NCBI RefSeq assembly: GCF_006345805.1
Contig: NW_021836779.1
Location: 1-22,607 of the forward strand
DNA: 22,607 bases
Origin: Octopus sinensis
Taxonomy: Eukaryota
Direction of reading: 5' to 3'
Part shown: positions 1-9,978 of the stretch, piece after piece
Numbering within the stretch: position 1 is the first letter of the stretch
Layout of the letters: the number at the start of each line of letters is the position of its first letter
The notes under the pieces: model-generated
The model's input: the letters and a program-made list of their open reading frames with translations, nothing else
The model's database searches: none
Told to the model about the DNA's origin: nothing
Made by a program: the position numbers and the translations under genes

Positions 1-97
1 ACACACATATATATATATATATATATATTATATCTATATATATTATAATATATATATATCTATATATATATATATCTATATATATATATATAATATA

Positions 98-152
<55 letters not shown>
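1..152. repeat. (TA)n microsatellite
   Basis: Near-continuous TA dinucleotide run. Confidence 0.95.
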
Positions 153-155
<3 letters not shown>

Positions 156-267
156 TTCATTTTATTCACTCATAAGACTGCAGACCTGTAATAGAACTCG
201 GGATGCTGTGCCTCCAATCAGGCCTTCTTGCGATAACTTTAAACCAGGAATTTTCAGCACACCCTTG

Positions 268-305
268 TATGTGTATGTTTGTATGTGCGTGCGTGCGTGC
301 GTGCG

Positions 306-336
<31 letters not shown>

Positions 337-356
337 TGTGTTTGTGTATGTGTGCG
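268..356. repeat. (TG)n/(CGTG)n microsatellite
   Basis: Visible tgtg and gtgc runs. Confidence 0.9.
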
Positions 357-1000
357 TATTTATGTATATTAGACGTTGTTGTAGAACTTTTGGGTTCTTA
401 TGGCACCAAGCTGGAAATGGCATAAACAATTTCGGAAATTAGCATCTACACATCCCCCACCCCTTATCCCATATCACACCCAACACTCAAAATTCACTGC
501 AACACCACCACTGACTCACACACTGAAACAAACACAAAACAAAAAAGAAAAGAAAAGAAATACAAAATTCATCTCCATCCTCGCTTAACCAACAAAAGTA
601 AAGCAAAGAAGAGTAAAAACTGTGAGATCCAAAAGCCGAAGTCTAAAAAAAATAATAAATACAAAGAACTAAAATATAGTAGCTTTGAAAATTCTATAAT
701 AAAACTACATCCAAAAATGAAGAAATGGAACAAGAATGAACCATTAAATCTTGAGGTTTTGGACTGTCTGGTAATTGCTGGAGTGTGTTGTCGGTTTTTT
801 TGCTGGTTGTTTTTAATGTTTGTTTCTATTTTAATTTTCTGTTATGGTTTTGTAATTCTGTAAAAGACTATAGAATTGTATTCTGTTATTGTGTTAGTAT
901 GGTGAATGGTGGTGGTAGTTGTGGCGGTTTAGGTGGCTGTGGTTGTATGGTGGTGGATATGGTTGTGGTAGTGCTGGCTTTAGCGGTATTAGTAGTAACA

Positions 1001-1006
1001 ATATTA

Positions 1007-1045
<39 letters not shown>
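1001..1045. repeat. (ATT)n microsatellite directly 5' of a SINE
   Basis: attattatt run ending at the SINE head. Confidence 0.9.
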
Positions 1046-1464
1046 GGCGTAGGAGTGGCTGTGTGGTAAGTAGCTTGCTTACGAACTACATGGTTCCGGG
1101 TTCAGTCCTACTGCGTGGCACCTTGGGCAAGTGTCTTCTATAATAACCTCGGGCCGACCAAAGCCTTGTGAGTGGATTTGGTAGACGGAAACTGAAAGAA
1201 GCCCGTCGTAGTTTTGTATATATGTATATGTGTATCTGTGTTTGTCCCCCTCCCCCCAACATCGCTTGACAACCGATGCTGGTGTGTTTACGTACCCTGT
1301 AACTTAGCGGTTCGGCAAAAAGATACCGATAGAATAAGTACTAGGCTTACAAAGAATAAGTCCTAGGATCGATTTGCTCGACTAAAAGGCGGTGCTTCAG
1401 CATGGCCACAGTCAAATGACTGAAACAAGTAAAAGAGTAAAGAGTAAAAGAGAGAGTAAAGAGT
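1046..1464 (+). mobile_element. tRNA-derived SINE, family A (full length)
   Basis: Head GGCGTAGGAGTGGCTGTGTGG (A-box-like) and GGTTCAGTCC (B-box-like), CORE-like CCTTGGGCAAGT, internal TA/TG tract, tail of (AAAAGAGT)n. Near-identical copies at 3118, 12711 and 14369. Confidence 0.9.
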
Positions 1465-1771
1465 ATTAGTAGTATTAATATTATTATCATTAGTAGTTGT
1501 TGTTGTGATGGTGGTGGTATTGTTGGCGTGGCTGGTTGCAGTGGAGTTTATATATCATTAATAAATAAGAAAACTGTAATATATTGCTGAAATTAATGAA
1601 TTGCTGAAGGCAACATATAATATACGTGCACTTATAAATACATATAAACAACACACATACGCAAATACTTCCATAATCACAGATACTTAAATTACGTACT
1701 GATATATAGATATATTATATATATATATTAATAGTTATCGCCATACTAATATCGTAGTCTATAAATATAAG

Positions 1772-1990
1772 ACTAAAGCTGTCGCTGATTAGCTCCAAGA
1801 GGCCATCGCCTCTAGCTAGCTATTTGACACACGAACCTGCGTCCATTACAAACCTTCGAACAGGCAGGTCAGCCGCTTCACCTTGCTAGTCAGACATCTG
1901 CAGACATGTTTCAGGGTATTTGCCCCTTTATCAATACAGCGTAGTCAGACCCGCAGGTGTCGCTTGACCGTCTGTTCGAAGATTTTATTT
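1772..1990 (-). mobile_element. Small structured element containing a hammerhead motif (probably Penelope-like/retrozyme-like)
   Basis: GC-richer island with nested inverted repeats (1854-1863/1972-1981) enclosing a hammerhead fold. Boundaries approximate; family assignment is inference. Confidence 0.45.
1898..1939 (-). ncRNA. Minimal type I hammerhead ribozyme motif, U3-A8 core variant
   Basis: Minus strand reads CTGTA-TTGATAA-AGGG gcaaata CCCT-GAAA-CATGT-C-TGCAG: stem I 5 bp (one G-U), core UUGAUAA, stem II 4 bp, GAAA, palindromic ACAUGU stem III, GUC cleavage triplet. Confidence 0.65.
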
Positions 1991-2120
1991 ACCTAGTTAC
2001 ATATATAGTAGTAACAGAAAAGAGGAATTTCAATTATCCCAAAGTGGTGAGTTGTAATGAATATAAGAAATTAAAAAAGGAAAATACGCACACTTACATA
2101 GTTTTAATATAATTTTTAAT

Positions 2121-2155
2121 ATATCGACCGGTTTCGCTATCGCTATTCATGATAT
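2121..2155 (-). ncRNA. Minimal type I hammerhead-like motif, A3-U8 core variant
   Basis: Minus strand reads ATATC-ATGAATA-GC gata GC-GAAA-CCGGT-C-GATAT: stem I 5 bp, stem II 2 bp, palindromic ACCGGU stem III, GUC triplet. The core differs from CUGANGA at positions 3 and 8. Confidence 0.5.
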
Positions 2156-3025
2156 TATGTTTTACTTATTTGAATATATATTTTTTCTTAAGAAGAAATT
2201 TGGTCCACCAATTTCTTGAAGAGGATGTTCAGTAAGAACTTGCAGAACCGTGTTTCTCGGAATACTAGTAACTACCATGGGTTTACTTATATAATAATAA
2301 ATATATTTCATTTATACTTCTTCTAATGTCAGTTACTTAACTATGCCCATATTAGGGCATTCCTTTGAAGAATTTTTATAGTCAATCATATCTAAACCAT
2401 TACATATTTTATACATACTAGCATAAATATATTTTATCGATGTTTGCTTTTATCGATTGGTTTAACATTTTGATACACCATCCCCAGGCAATGTTGTGTC
2501 AATCACAACTCAATCAGAAAACCGCATTTTGTGGTGTTTATTAACAGTATCGCAAAAAATAGAAAGAAATCTATGTATATATAGATGTATGTGTGTGTGT
2601 GTGTTTGTGTGTATGTGTGCCTGTATGCATGAAATATATAATAAGAAATAAGAAACTGAGCTGCTGTTAGACGACACCAATGGCGCGTGTGAAGTAAATT
2701 TCTTTTTAGTGACCGGAAGCGGAAGCAGGTGCAAGTATCATGCAATGTAGTAAACTGCTAATCGGTAAATGAAGTCAAAGCTAAGTGGAAAATTTGATAA
2801 AGGTGTGAGGGTTATTCACTACATCGGTAAACGTAGATGTATATGTACAGACAGGTGCATACACGCATCCGTATATACATGCAAGCATATAAATATTTAA
2901 GTGTGTGTAATACATGCCTACACATGTGTGTGGCGTTGTGTATGTGTTTGGGTGTCTATATGGCTGAGTATATATGTTGTGTACGCATACAATGCGTGTA
3001 TATGTATTATACATATACATGTATG

Positions 3026-3058
<33 letters not shown>

Positions 3059-3117
3059 TTATATATATATATAATATTATATATATATATATATATTATA
3101 TATATATATAATTTTTT

Positions 3118-3516
3118 TTTACTTGTTTCAGTCATTTTGACTGCGGCCATGCTGGAGCACCGCCTATAGTCGAGCAAATCGCCACGGGACTTATTCTTTG
3201 TAAGCCCAGTACTTATTCTATCGGTCTCTTTTGCCGAACCGCAAAGTGACGGGGACGTAAACACACCAGCATCGGTTGTCAAGCTATGCTAGGAGGACAA
3301 ACACAGACACACACATACATATATATACATGTATACGACGGGCTTCTTTCAGTTTCCGTCTACCAAATCCACTCACAAGGCATTGGTCGGCCCGAGGCTA
3401 TAGTAGAGGACACTTGCCCAAAATGCCACGCAGTGGGACTGAACCCGGAACCATGTGGTTGGTAAGCAAGCTACTTACCACACAGCCACTCCTACGCCTA
3501 TAGCCACTCCTGCGCC
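3118..3516 (-). mobile_element. tRNA-derived SINE, family A, with duplicated head
   Basis: Reverse-complement match to 1046-1464; the head segment AGCCACTCCT(A/G)CGCC occurs twice (to 3498 and to 3516). Confidence 0.9.
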
Positions 3517-3898
3517 TATATATATATATATATACATATACATACATACAAATATATATACTGTCACAATAAATTTCTGTTTCTATGCTGATACACAAGC
3601 ACATATATACGCATACATGCATATATGTATATATACATACATATACATATATATATATATATACATATATACATATATATATACATATATACATATATAT
3701 ACATATATATATATACATATACATACATATATATACATACATACATATATATATATATACATATATATATATACATATATGCTATATATAATATACATGC
3801 ATATATAGGTAAATACGTGTGTATATATATATGTGTGTGTACACATGTATGTATGTATGTATGTATGTATGTATGTATGTATGTATGTATGTATGTAT
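3517..3898. repeat. Compound (TA)n/(TACA)n/(TATG)n microsatellite
   Basis: Direct inspection; includes a short unique spacer around 3560-3600. Confidence 0.9.
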
Positions 3899-4236
3899 AG
3901 CTGTGTGATCCAGCCGCACGTGCACAGAGAAGTGATACAAAAGTATTATTAAGTGCAAAACGAACATAGCAAGTACCGCCAGACAAATAAAAAATAAAAG
4001 GCCGTAAATGCTTTTTTGAGTAGAGCATGGAGCACTCAATGAACTTTTAGGGTGGAGAAAAATCAATGAAAAGAAATGTTCGATTTTGTAAGAAGGCGTT
4101 GCTGATACTTCCGGACAAGCATTTACTTCCACAAGATACTTCCTTTCGGACATGTAACTTTCATTAGAAACTGTACCGGTCATTTTCTTTCTTCTCTTCG
4201 CTTTTCATTATAATCTCCGCCCTTTGGTTATACACC

Positions 4237-4298
<62 letters not shown>

Positions 4299-4317
4299 TG
4301 ATGATGATGATGATGAT

Positions 4318-4401
<84 letters not shown>

Positions 4402-4459
4402 TGATGATGATGATGATTATAATAATAATAATAATAATGATAATAATAATAATGATGAC

Positions 4460-4498
<39 letters not shown>

Positions 4499-4560
4499 GA
4501 TAATAATAATAATGATAATAATAATAATAATAATGATAATAATAACAATAATGATAATAA
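4237..4560. repeat. Compound (AAT)n/(GAT)n trinucleotide microsatellite
   Basis: Alternating AAT and GAT blocks; source of the poly-I/Y/H/D/N/M ORFs. Confidence 0.95.
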
Positions 4561-4565
4561 TTTTT

Positions 4566-4900
4566 GACACCTCCTTCGGTCATGACTGACCGTGGGATTG
4601 CACCTAGAAAGTTACCCTCCTAGGCACAAGTCTGGGCAAGGTTGTTTATGGAAGACCAGCAGTCGCCCATGCATACCGGCCTCCCCTCTCCACACCACCA
4701 GTGTTATCCAAGGGAAAAGCAACAGCAGATACAGCTTGGTACCTGTGACGTCGCAACTCATTGCTACAGCTGAGTGAACTAGAACACGTGAAATAAAGTG
4801 TCTTGCTCAAGAACACAACACCCAGCCCGGTCCGGGATTCGAACTCACAACCTCATGATCGTAAGCTCGACGCTCTAAACACTGAGCCATGCGCCTTCGC
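4566..4900 (-). mobile_element. tRNA-derived SINE, family C
   Basis: Minus head GCGAAGGCGCATGGCTCAGTGTTTAGAGCG...GAGTTCGAATCCC with good A and B boxes, followed by a conserved-domain-like TTCTTGAGCAAGACACTT; embedded in AAT repeats. Confidence 0.8.
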
Positions 4901-4929
4901 AATAATAATAATCATAATAATAATAATAA

Positions 4930-5210
4930 CTAGCAGTATCGCCCGGCGTTGCTCGGGTTGTAAGGGAAATAACTATATAAGCATTGTTAGAGAGTTATAG
5001 CCAAAAAATAGCAAAAAAATGCATTAAAAATTGAAAAAAAATTAAGGTAAATTTTTTCTTTTAAATCGTTGACACATCGTAGTATATTTAGAGAGTTTAC
5101 TTTCCTTATATAAAAGCGAAAAAATGCATTAAAATGGAAATATGATGGTAATTTTTTTTTAAAAAAATCGTAGACTCATCGTAGACGCGCGCTAATACCC
5201 AGAAGGGCTC
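4930..5210 (-). mobile_element. Non-autonomous Helitron, 3' end (5'-truncated)
   Basis: Minus strand ends ACCCGAGCAACGCCGGG-CGATACTG-CTAG|T: GC-rich hairpin (4942-4957) then CTAG (4930-4933) before T, the canonical Helitron terminus. Internal imperfect duplication at about 5020-5081 and 5127-5184. Confidence 0.65.
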
Positions 5211-5211
5211 G

Positions 5212-5463
5212 TTTGTTATTCTGGGTAACTTTCTGTAAAATTATTAAAATTTTGTTCAACAAACATCGCTATAGAATGGGTATTAGCTAATATCAATTGG
5301 GTATACAACAAATTTTACGATAGAATTTGTTATTCTGGGTAACTTTCTGTAAAATTATTAAAATTTTGTTCAAACATCGCTATAGAAAATGGGTTATTAG
5401 CTAATATTCAATTGGTATACAACAAATTTTACGATAGAATTTGTTATTCTGGGTAACTTTCTG
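5212..5463. repeat. 114-bp tandem repeat, about 2.2 copies
   Basis: TTTGTTATTCTGGGTAACTTTCTG restarts at 5212, 5326 and 5440. Confidence 0.9.
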
Positions 5464-6316
5464 ATACCCATAATAATATTTAATGGCAAATAGGCCTTAA
5501 TTTCATTTAAGGTTGTGGGAAATAACAAACTATCGTTTCTTTCGTTTGTTTACGTTTAGCGTAAACAGTTCGTTTCTTCTCTGCCGTAATGATTTCAAAT
5601 GGGCTCATTCGAAAAAGTAAATAGAAATAGTGTAAGGCTTTACTCTTCTGGGAAAGTCTGTGGCTTGGTGCAGTTTCTCCAGAAAATCACCGAAAGAAAC
5701 AGTTTTTAAATTTTCACTCCTTCAGGTGCTAATCGTGTTCTTAATCGCTGTCGGATTCACTGTTTTCACTTTAATAGCTGCCAACTTGCAAAGACAAAGG
5801 AGGAGAAGGTGATAGCGTGAGTGAAACAATTCGCTCCCTTTGTGTGTGTGTGCTTTTGCGTGTGGTGTAAACCAGACTAAGAAAGCATTTGACCACACAC
5901 CAGAATGTGAGTTTTCTGTAAATTTTGCTTAATTGGAGTTTAAATTTTAAAAACTGGACCTGGCATGACGCGATGCATTGTACTCTTAAAACTGCTAGGT
6001 AAATTGTAATTGAAGAAATCCTATATTGTAGATTTGTATAACTCCCAAAGGGAGGCAGATAAAATCTGCCTTTTATAATAAGAGATATTAATAATAATAA
6101 TAATAAGAAGAAGAAGAAGAAGAAATTCGTTTATTGGCCACAGGGGCTTATATAAAATTACATTAAAACACATACAACATAAAAAACAAAAACAGGACGA
6201 TACAATGGATTTTGACAATGTGTAAACAATACAATAATTAAAATGAAACAATTTAAAACTCCTAAAAGGTGAGGCGCATTAAGGACATCGTGGAAAAATC
6301 CCACAAACGTCAAGGG

Positions 6317-6520
6317 GTTTAAGAAACAGATTGGGTTTATTTATATTTGTGAAGAAAAAAAGATACCCTTCCCCCCACCCCTAACCCTAACTAACCCTAA
6401 ATCTAACGCTAACCCTAAAATAGATTGAAATGCAATACATCAATACTAGGGTCATAATTATGGGTGACAATTTCATACAACACCACTAGAAAAAAACTGC
6501 CGGTCAAACCGAAAAGATCC
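6317..6520 (-). mobile_element. TIR MITE, partial copy with (TAACCC)n tracts
   Basis: Reverse-complement match to the left part of 11704-12106; ends in TIR AAAAAAACTGCCGGTCAAACCGAAAAGATCC. Confidence 0.75.
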
Positions 6521-6747
6521 CGGTGTTGTTGTAATCGATTAACCGCTTTCCGAAATTGTTGAATGAAAAGATTATGTTAACTTAGGGTACAATTCGAACG
6601 TTAGAAAACAACTGGCAATCTTATATGTATGCAAGACACATTGCGCTGAATAAAAAAAAAAAATAAGACAAGACATTCGATGGGATGGTCATATGTGGAA
6701 CACCTTTATGGGATTTCTTCTAGTTCAAGATTGAAATGTGGCACAGA

Positions 6748-6792
6748 CATCATCATCATCATCATCACCATCATCATCACCATCATCATCAC

Positions 6793-6841
<49 letters not shown>

Positions 6842-6868
6842 GTCATCATCAACAACAACAACAATAAC
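6748..6868. repeat. (CAT)n then (CAA)n microsatellite
   Basis: Direct inspection; source of the poly-S/poly-I ORFs. Confidence 0.9.
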
Positions 6869-6939
6869 AATTAACAGCAAAAGACAGAAAGGAATGGTGG
6901 CATTATGTTGTCATAATAGCAGCCACGTATGTCTCTTTG

Positions 6940-6958
6940 TCTGTCTGTCTATCTATCT

Positions 6959-7009
<51 letters not shown>

Positions 7010-7190
7010 CTATCTATCTATTTATATATATATAATATATATCTATATATATATATTATATATATATATAGCTATGTTGATATATGTGTATCTATCTCTC
7101 TATATATATTGTGTGTATGTGTGTGTGCGTGTCTGTGTATGTATATTTATATGTATGTGTGCATGTATATATCTATCTATCTACTATCTA

Positions 7191-7235
<45 letters not shown>

Positions 7236-7342
7236 TATGTATGTATGTATGTATGTGTATATATATATATATTTTATATATATATATATATATATAATAT
7301 ATATTATATAATATATATATATATATCTATATATATTATATA
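6940..7342. repeat. (TCTA)n/(TA)n/(TG)n compound microsatellite
   Basis: Direct inspection. Confidence 0.9.
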
Positions 7343-7575
7343 CTGAATGAGGGGGAAACGGAAAATGGCGTTTGCAAGGATCTTTAAAAAGTTTCTTGCA
7401 ACTCCATTTCCGTTTTCATTATAAGCTCAACGAAAACTGCGGATTTCCTGACACAGATCCTTTGACACTTATCAATACTGTGGATGACACAGGTATCCTA
7501 AACTGTGAAAGTGCTATAATCGGCATATTACTAACATATATCCAAAGTTCAAATAATCACTTATATATATATATA

Positions 7576-7700
7576 CAGGGTGATTCAAAAGTTAGCACAC
7601 ATGTGAAATATTTTTTTTTTTATATGAAACATTTTAATAAAAAAACTGTTTCTTATAAAAAATAAATGTTCTTATGTATGACGACTTCTGAATCACCCTG
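7576..7700. mobile_element. Tc1/mariner-type MITE (125 bp)
   Basis: TIRs CAGGGTGATTCAAAAGT (7576-7592) and ACTTCTGAATCACCCTG (7684-7700), 16/17 match, flanked by TA on both sides. Confidence 0.85.
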
Positions 7701-7763
7701 TATGTATATATATTATAATATATATATATATATTATATATATATATATATATACATATATATA

Positions 7764-7882
7764 TCATCATCATCATTGTTCGACCGTGGTCGAGACAATG
7801 GAATTTACCATACAATGTCAGACTTCCCGGTCCATCATAGCATTACGGAGGTCCTGTTGCTGTATGCCTGTATCCCTGAGAT

Positions 7883-7885
<3 letters not shown>
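7764..7885 (-). mobile_element. RTE-clade LINE 3' terminus
   Basis: Minus frame NLRDTGIQQQDLRNAMMDREV*HCMVNSIVSTTVEQ* resembles the RTE C-terminal DTG..L..AM.DR..W motif (W codon mutated to stop), followed by a (TGA)n tail. Confidence 0.65.
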
Positions 7886-7924
<39 letters not shown>

Positions 7925-8010
7925 ATTTTATATAAATGTATAATGTAGTATATGTGTGTAGTATATATATATATATATATATATATAATTACACACATTA
8001 TACATATATA

Positions 8011-8057
<47 letters not shown>

Positions 8058-8140
8058 CACATATAAATATACATATATATATATATATATAGATAGATAT
8101 AATATATATATACACACCACAATATATATATATATAAGTA

Positions 8141-8179
<39 letters not shown>

Positions 8180-8274
8180 CATCAACATACACGGACACAC
8201 ATCACTAACACATACATAACACACCCACACATGTATATATATATATATGCACACGTATCTACACACACATATAT
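7886..8274. repeat. (TA)n/(CA)n compound microsatellite
   Basis: Direct inspection. Confidence 0.9.
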
Positions 8275-8866
8275 CCATGAATGTTTATCACTGTTAATTT
8301 CATCCTACTATCTTTAAAAACAAGAAATACTTTAAATAATGTACCCTTGTGTTTGGGGGGGGAGTGTGTAGGCGTGGATATGTGTGTATGTCTGTGCGTA
8401 TGTATGCGTATAATCAATCACGTGTGAGCGCGTTATCCAAGCCTGGAGGCAAAAAAGACAGAACGGTCATAAAACGAATCTGTTTCAATGTACGGTATGG
8501 CCACTAGTAAGTACGAACTCAAGGGTGTTTAACAACAACAACGACAACAACAACAAAAACAACAACAACAAAAACAACAACAATAACAACAACAAATTCA
8601 ACAGCAGTAGCAGTGGTAGCTGTTCATAGTGGAACTACTCAGATTAAGGAAGCCAAATAAAAACCAAACTATTTATAAACAAGATGTCTGACTTTTATCG
8701 AAGCAAATAAAAATCACATTTGCTCATTTGTTTTATCTCCAGATATATATTTTACTCTGGTTATCTCTCACACACATGTTAAGCAGGAAATTTTCTGACC
8801 TCCTGATATTATTATTATTATTATTACTATTACAAAGTTTTAGTATTATTATATTATTATTTCTTA

Positions 8867-8920
<54 letters not shown>

Positions 8921-8946
8921 ATACTTATTATTATTATTATTATTCA

Positions 8947-9380
8947 GGCGGAGTGCTGGCAGAATCGTTAGCACGCCGGTCGAAGTGCTTAGCGGTATTA
9001 CAAATTCTGTGAGCTGGTGGTGAGCTGGCAGAAATGTTAGCATGCCAGGCGAAATGCTTAGCGGTATTTCGTCTGTGTTTACGTTCTGAGTTCAAATTCC
9101 GCCAAGGTCGACTTTGCCTTTCATTCTTTCGGGGTCGATAAATTAAGTACCAGTTATGCACTGGTGTCGATGTAATTGACTTAATACCTATGTCTGTCCT
9201 TGTTTGTCCCCTCTATGTTTAGCCCCTTGTGGGTAATAAAGAAATAGGTATTACAAATTCTGCCGAGGTCACCTTTGCCTTTCAGGGTCAATAAAATAAG
9301 TTCCAGCTGAATACTAGGGTCGATGTAATCGACTTATCCTCACCCCTAAAACTGCTGCCCTTGTGACAAAATTTGAAACC
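8947..9380 (+). mobile_element. SINE family B (outer copy), interrupted by a nested copy
   Basis: Head 8947-9009; remainder 9263-9380 (CCGAGGTCACCTTTGCC...GTCGATGTAATCGAC...TTTGAAACC). A 16-bp direct repeat GGTATTACAAATTCTG flanks the insert. Confidence 0.75.
9010..9246 (+). mobile_element. SINE family B (nested inner copy)
   Basis: Matches 17378-17612 end to end; the central GTCGACTTTGCCTTTCATTCTTTCGGGGTCGATAAATTAAGTACCAG resembles the Deu/Nin conserved SINE domain as I recall it. Confidence 0.85.
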
Positions 9381-9397
9381 ACCATTATTATTATCAA

Positions 9398-9663
9398 GCG
9401 GTGTGTTGGCAGACTCATTAGCACGCCGGGCGAATGTTAAGCGGTATTACGTCTGCCGTTACGTTCTGAGTTCAAATTCCGCCGAGATCGACTTTGCCAT
9501 TCATCCTTTCGGGTCGATAAATTAAGTACCAGTTACGCACTGGGGTCGATATAATCGACTTAATTTCGTTTGTCTGTCCTTATTTGTCTCTCTGGTGTTT
9601 AGCCCCTGTGGGTAGTAAAGTAAATAGGTATTTCGTCCTGCCGCTACGTTCTGAGTTCAAATT
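9398..9663 (+). mobile_element. SINE family B with 3' re-entry into its own internal sequence
   Basis: Full copy to 9630; 9627-9663 then repeats internal 9443-9478. Confidence 0.85.
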
Positions 9664-9747
9664 ATACAGGTAGTACTAGTTAGAATTTAATTAATTTTTG
9701 TCAGCCCTTGTGCCAATAAAAAACGAAGTAATTATTATTATTATTAA

Positions 9748-9780
<33 letters not shown>

Positions 9781-9826
9781 GTTATTATTTTATTATTATT
9801 ATTATTATTATCATTATTATTATTAA

Positions 9827-9937
9827 GGCGGTAAACTGACCGAAACGTTAGCACGCCGGACACAATAGTTTACGTTGAGTTCAAATTCCGATGAAATCGT
9901 CCTTGCTTTTTATCATTTCGGTATCGATAAAATAAGT
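9827..9937 (+). mobile_element. SINE family B, degenerate 5' part
   Basis: GGCGGTAAACTGACCGAAACGTTAGCACGCCGG...GAGTTCAAATTCC...CGATAAAATAAGT. Confidence 0.65.
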
Positions 9938-9978
9938 CTGCCTTCACATTCTGTGTTCATATTCAGCCGGGGTCGACT

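Noticed and set aside
1046-1120. SINE heads as tRNA genes
   Set aside because: A/B-box-like motifs are present, but they continue into SINE bodies repeated across the window; no complete cloverleaf evident.
1408-1431. SINE A tail AGTC-AAAT-GACT-GAAAC-AA-GT-A resembling the 3' half of a hammerhead
   Set aside because: No CUGANGA-like core or stem I upstream in any copy, and stem III is not palindromic.
2712-2726. Tandem ETS-like sites ACCGGAAGCGGAAGC as a promoter
   Set aside because: Short motif with no associated gene start or CpG island; expected by chance.
3900-4183. Minus-strand ORF with hydrophobic stretch (GLLFFICLAVLAMFVLHLIILLY)
   Set aside because: Two overlapping frames are open, both run into microsatellite, T-rich DNA yields hydrophobic codons, and no family is recognisable.
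5212-5463. CRISPR-like array
   Set aside because: Whole 114-bp units repeat with no unique spacers; eukaryotic context.
6380-6418. Interstitial telomere or chromosome-fusion scar
   Set aside because: Only a few degenerate TAACCC units, inside a MITE present twice in the window.
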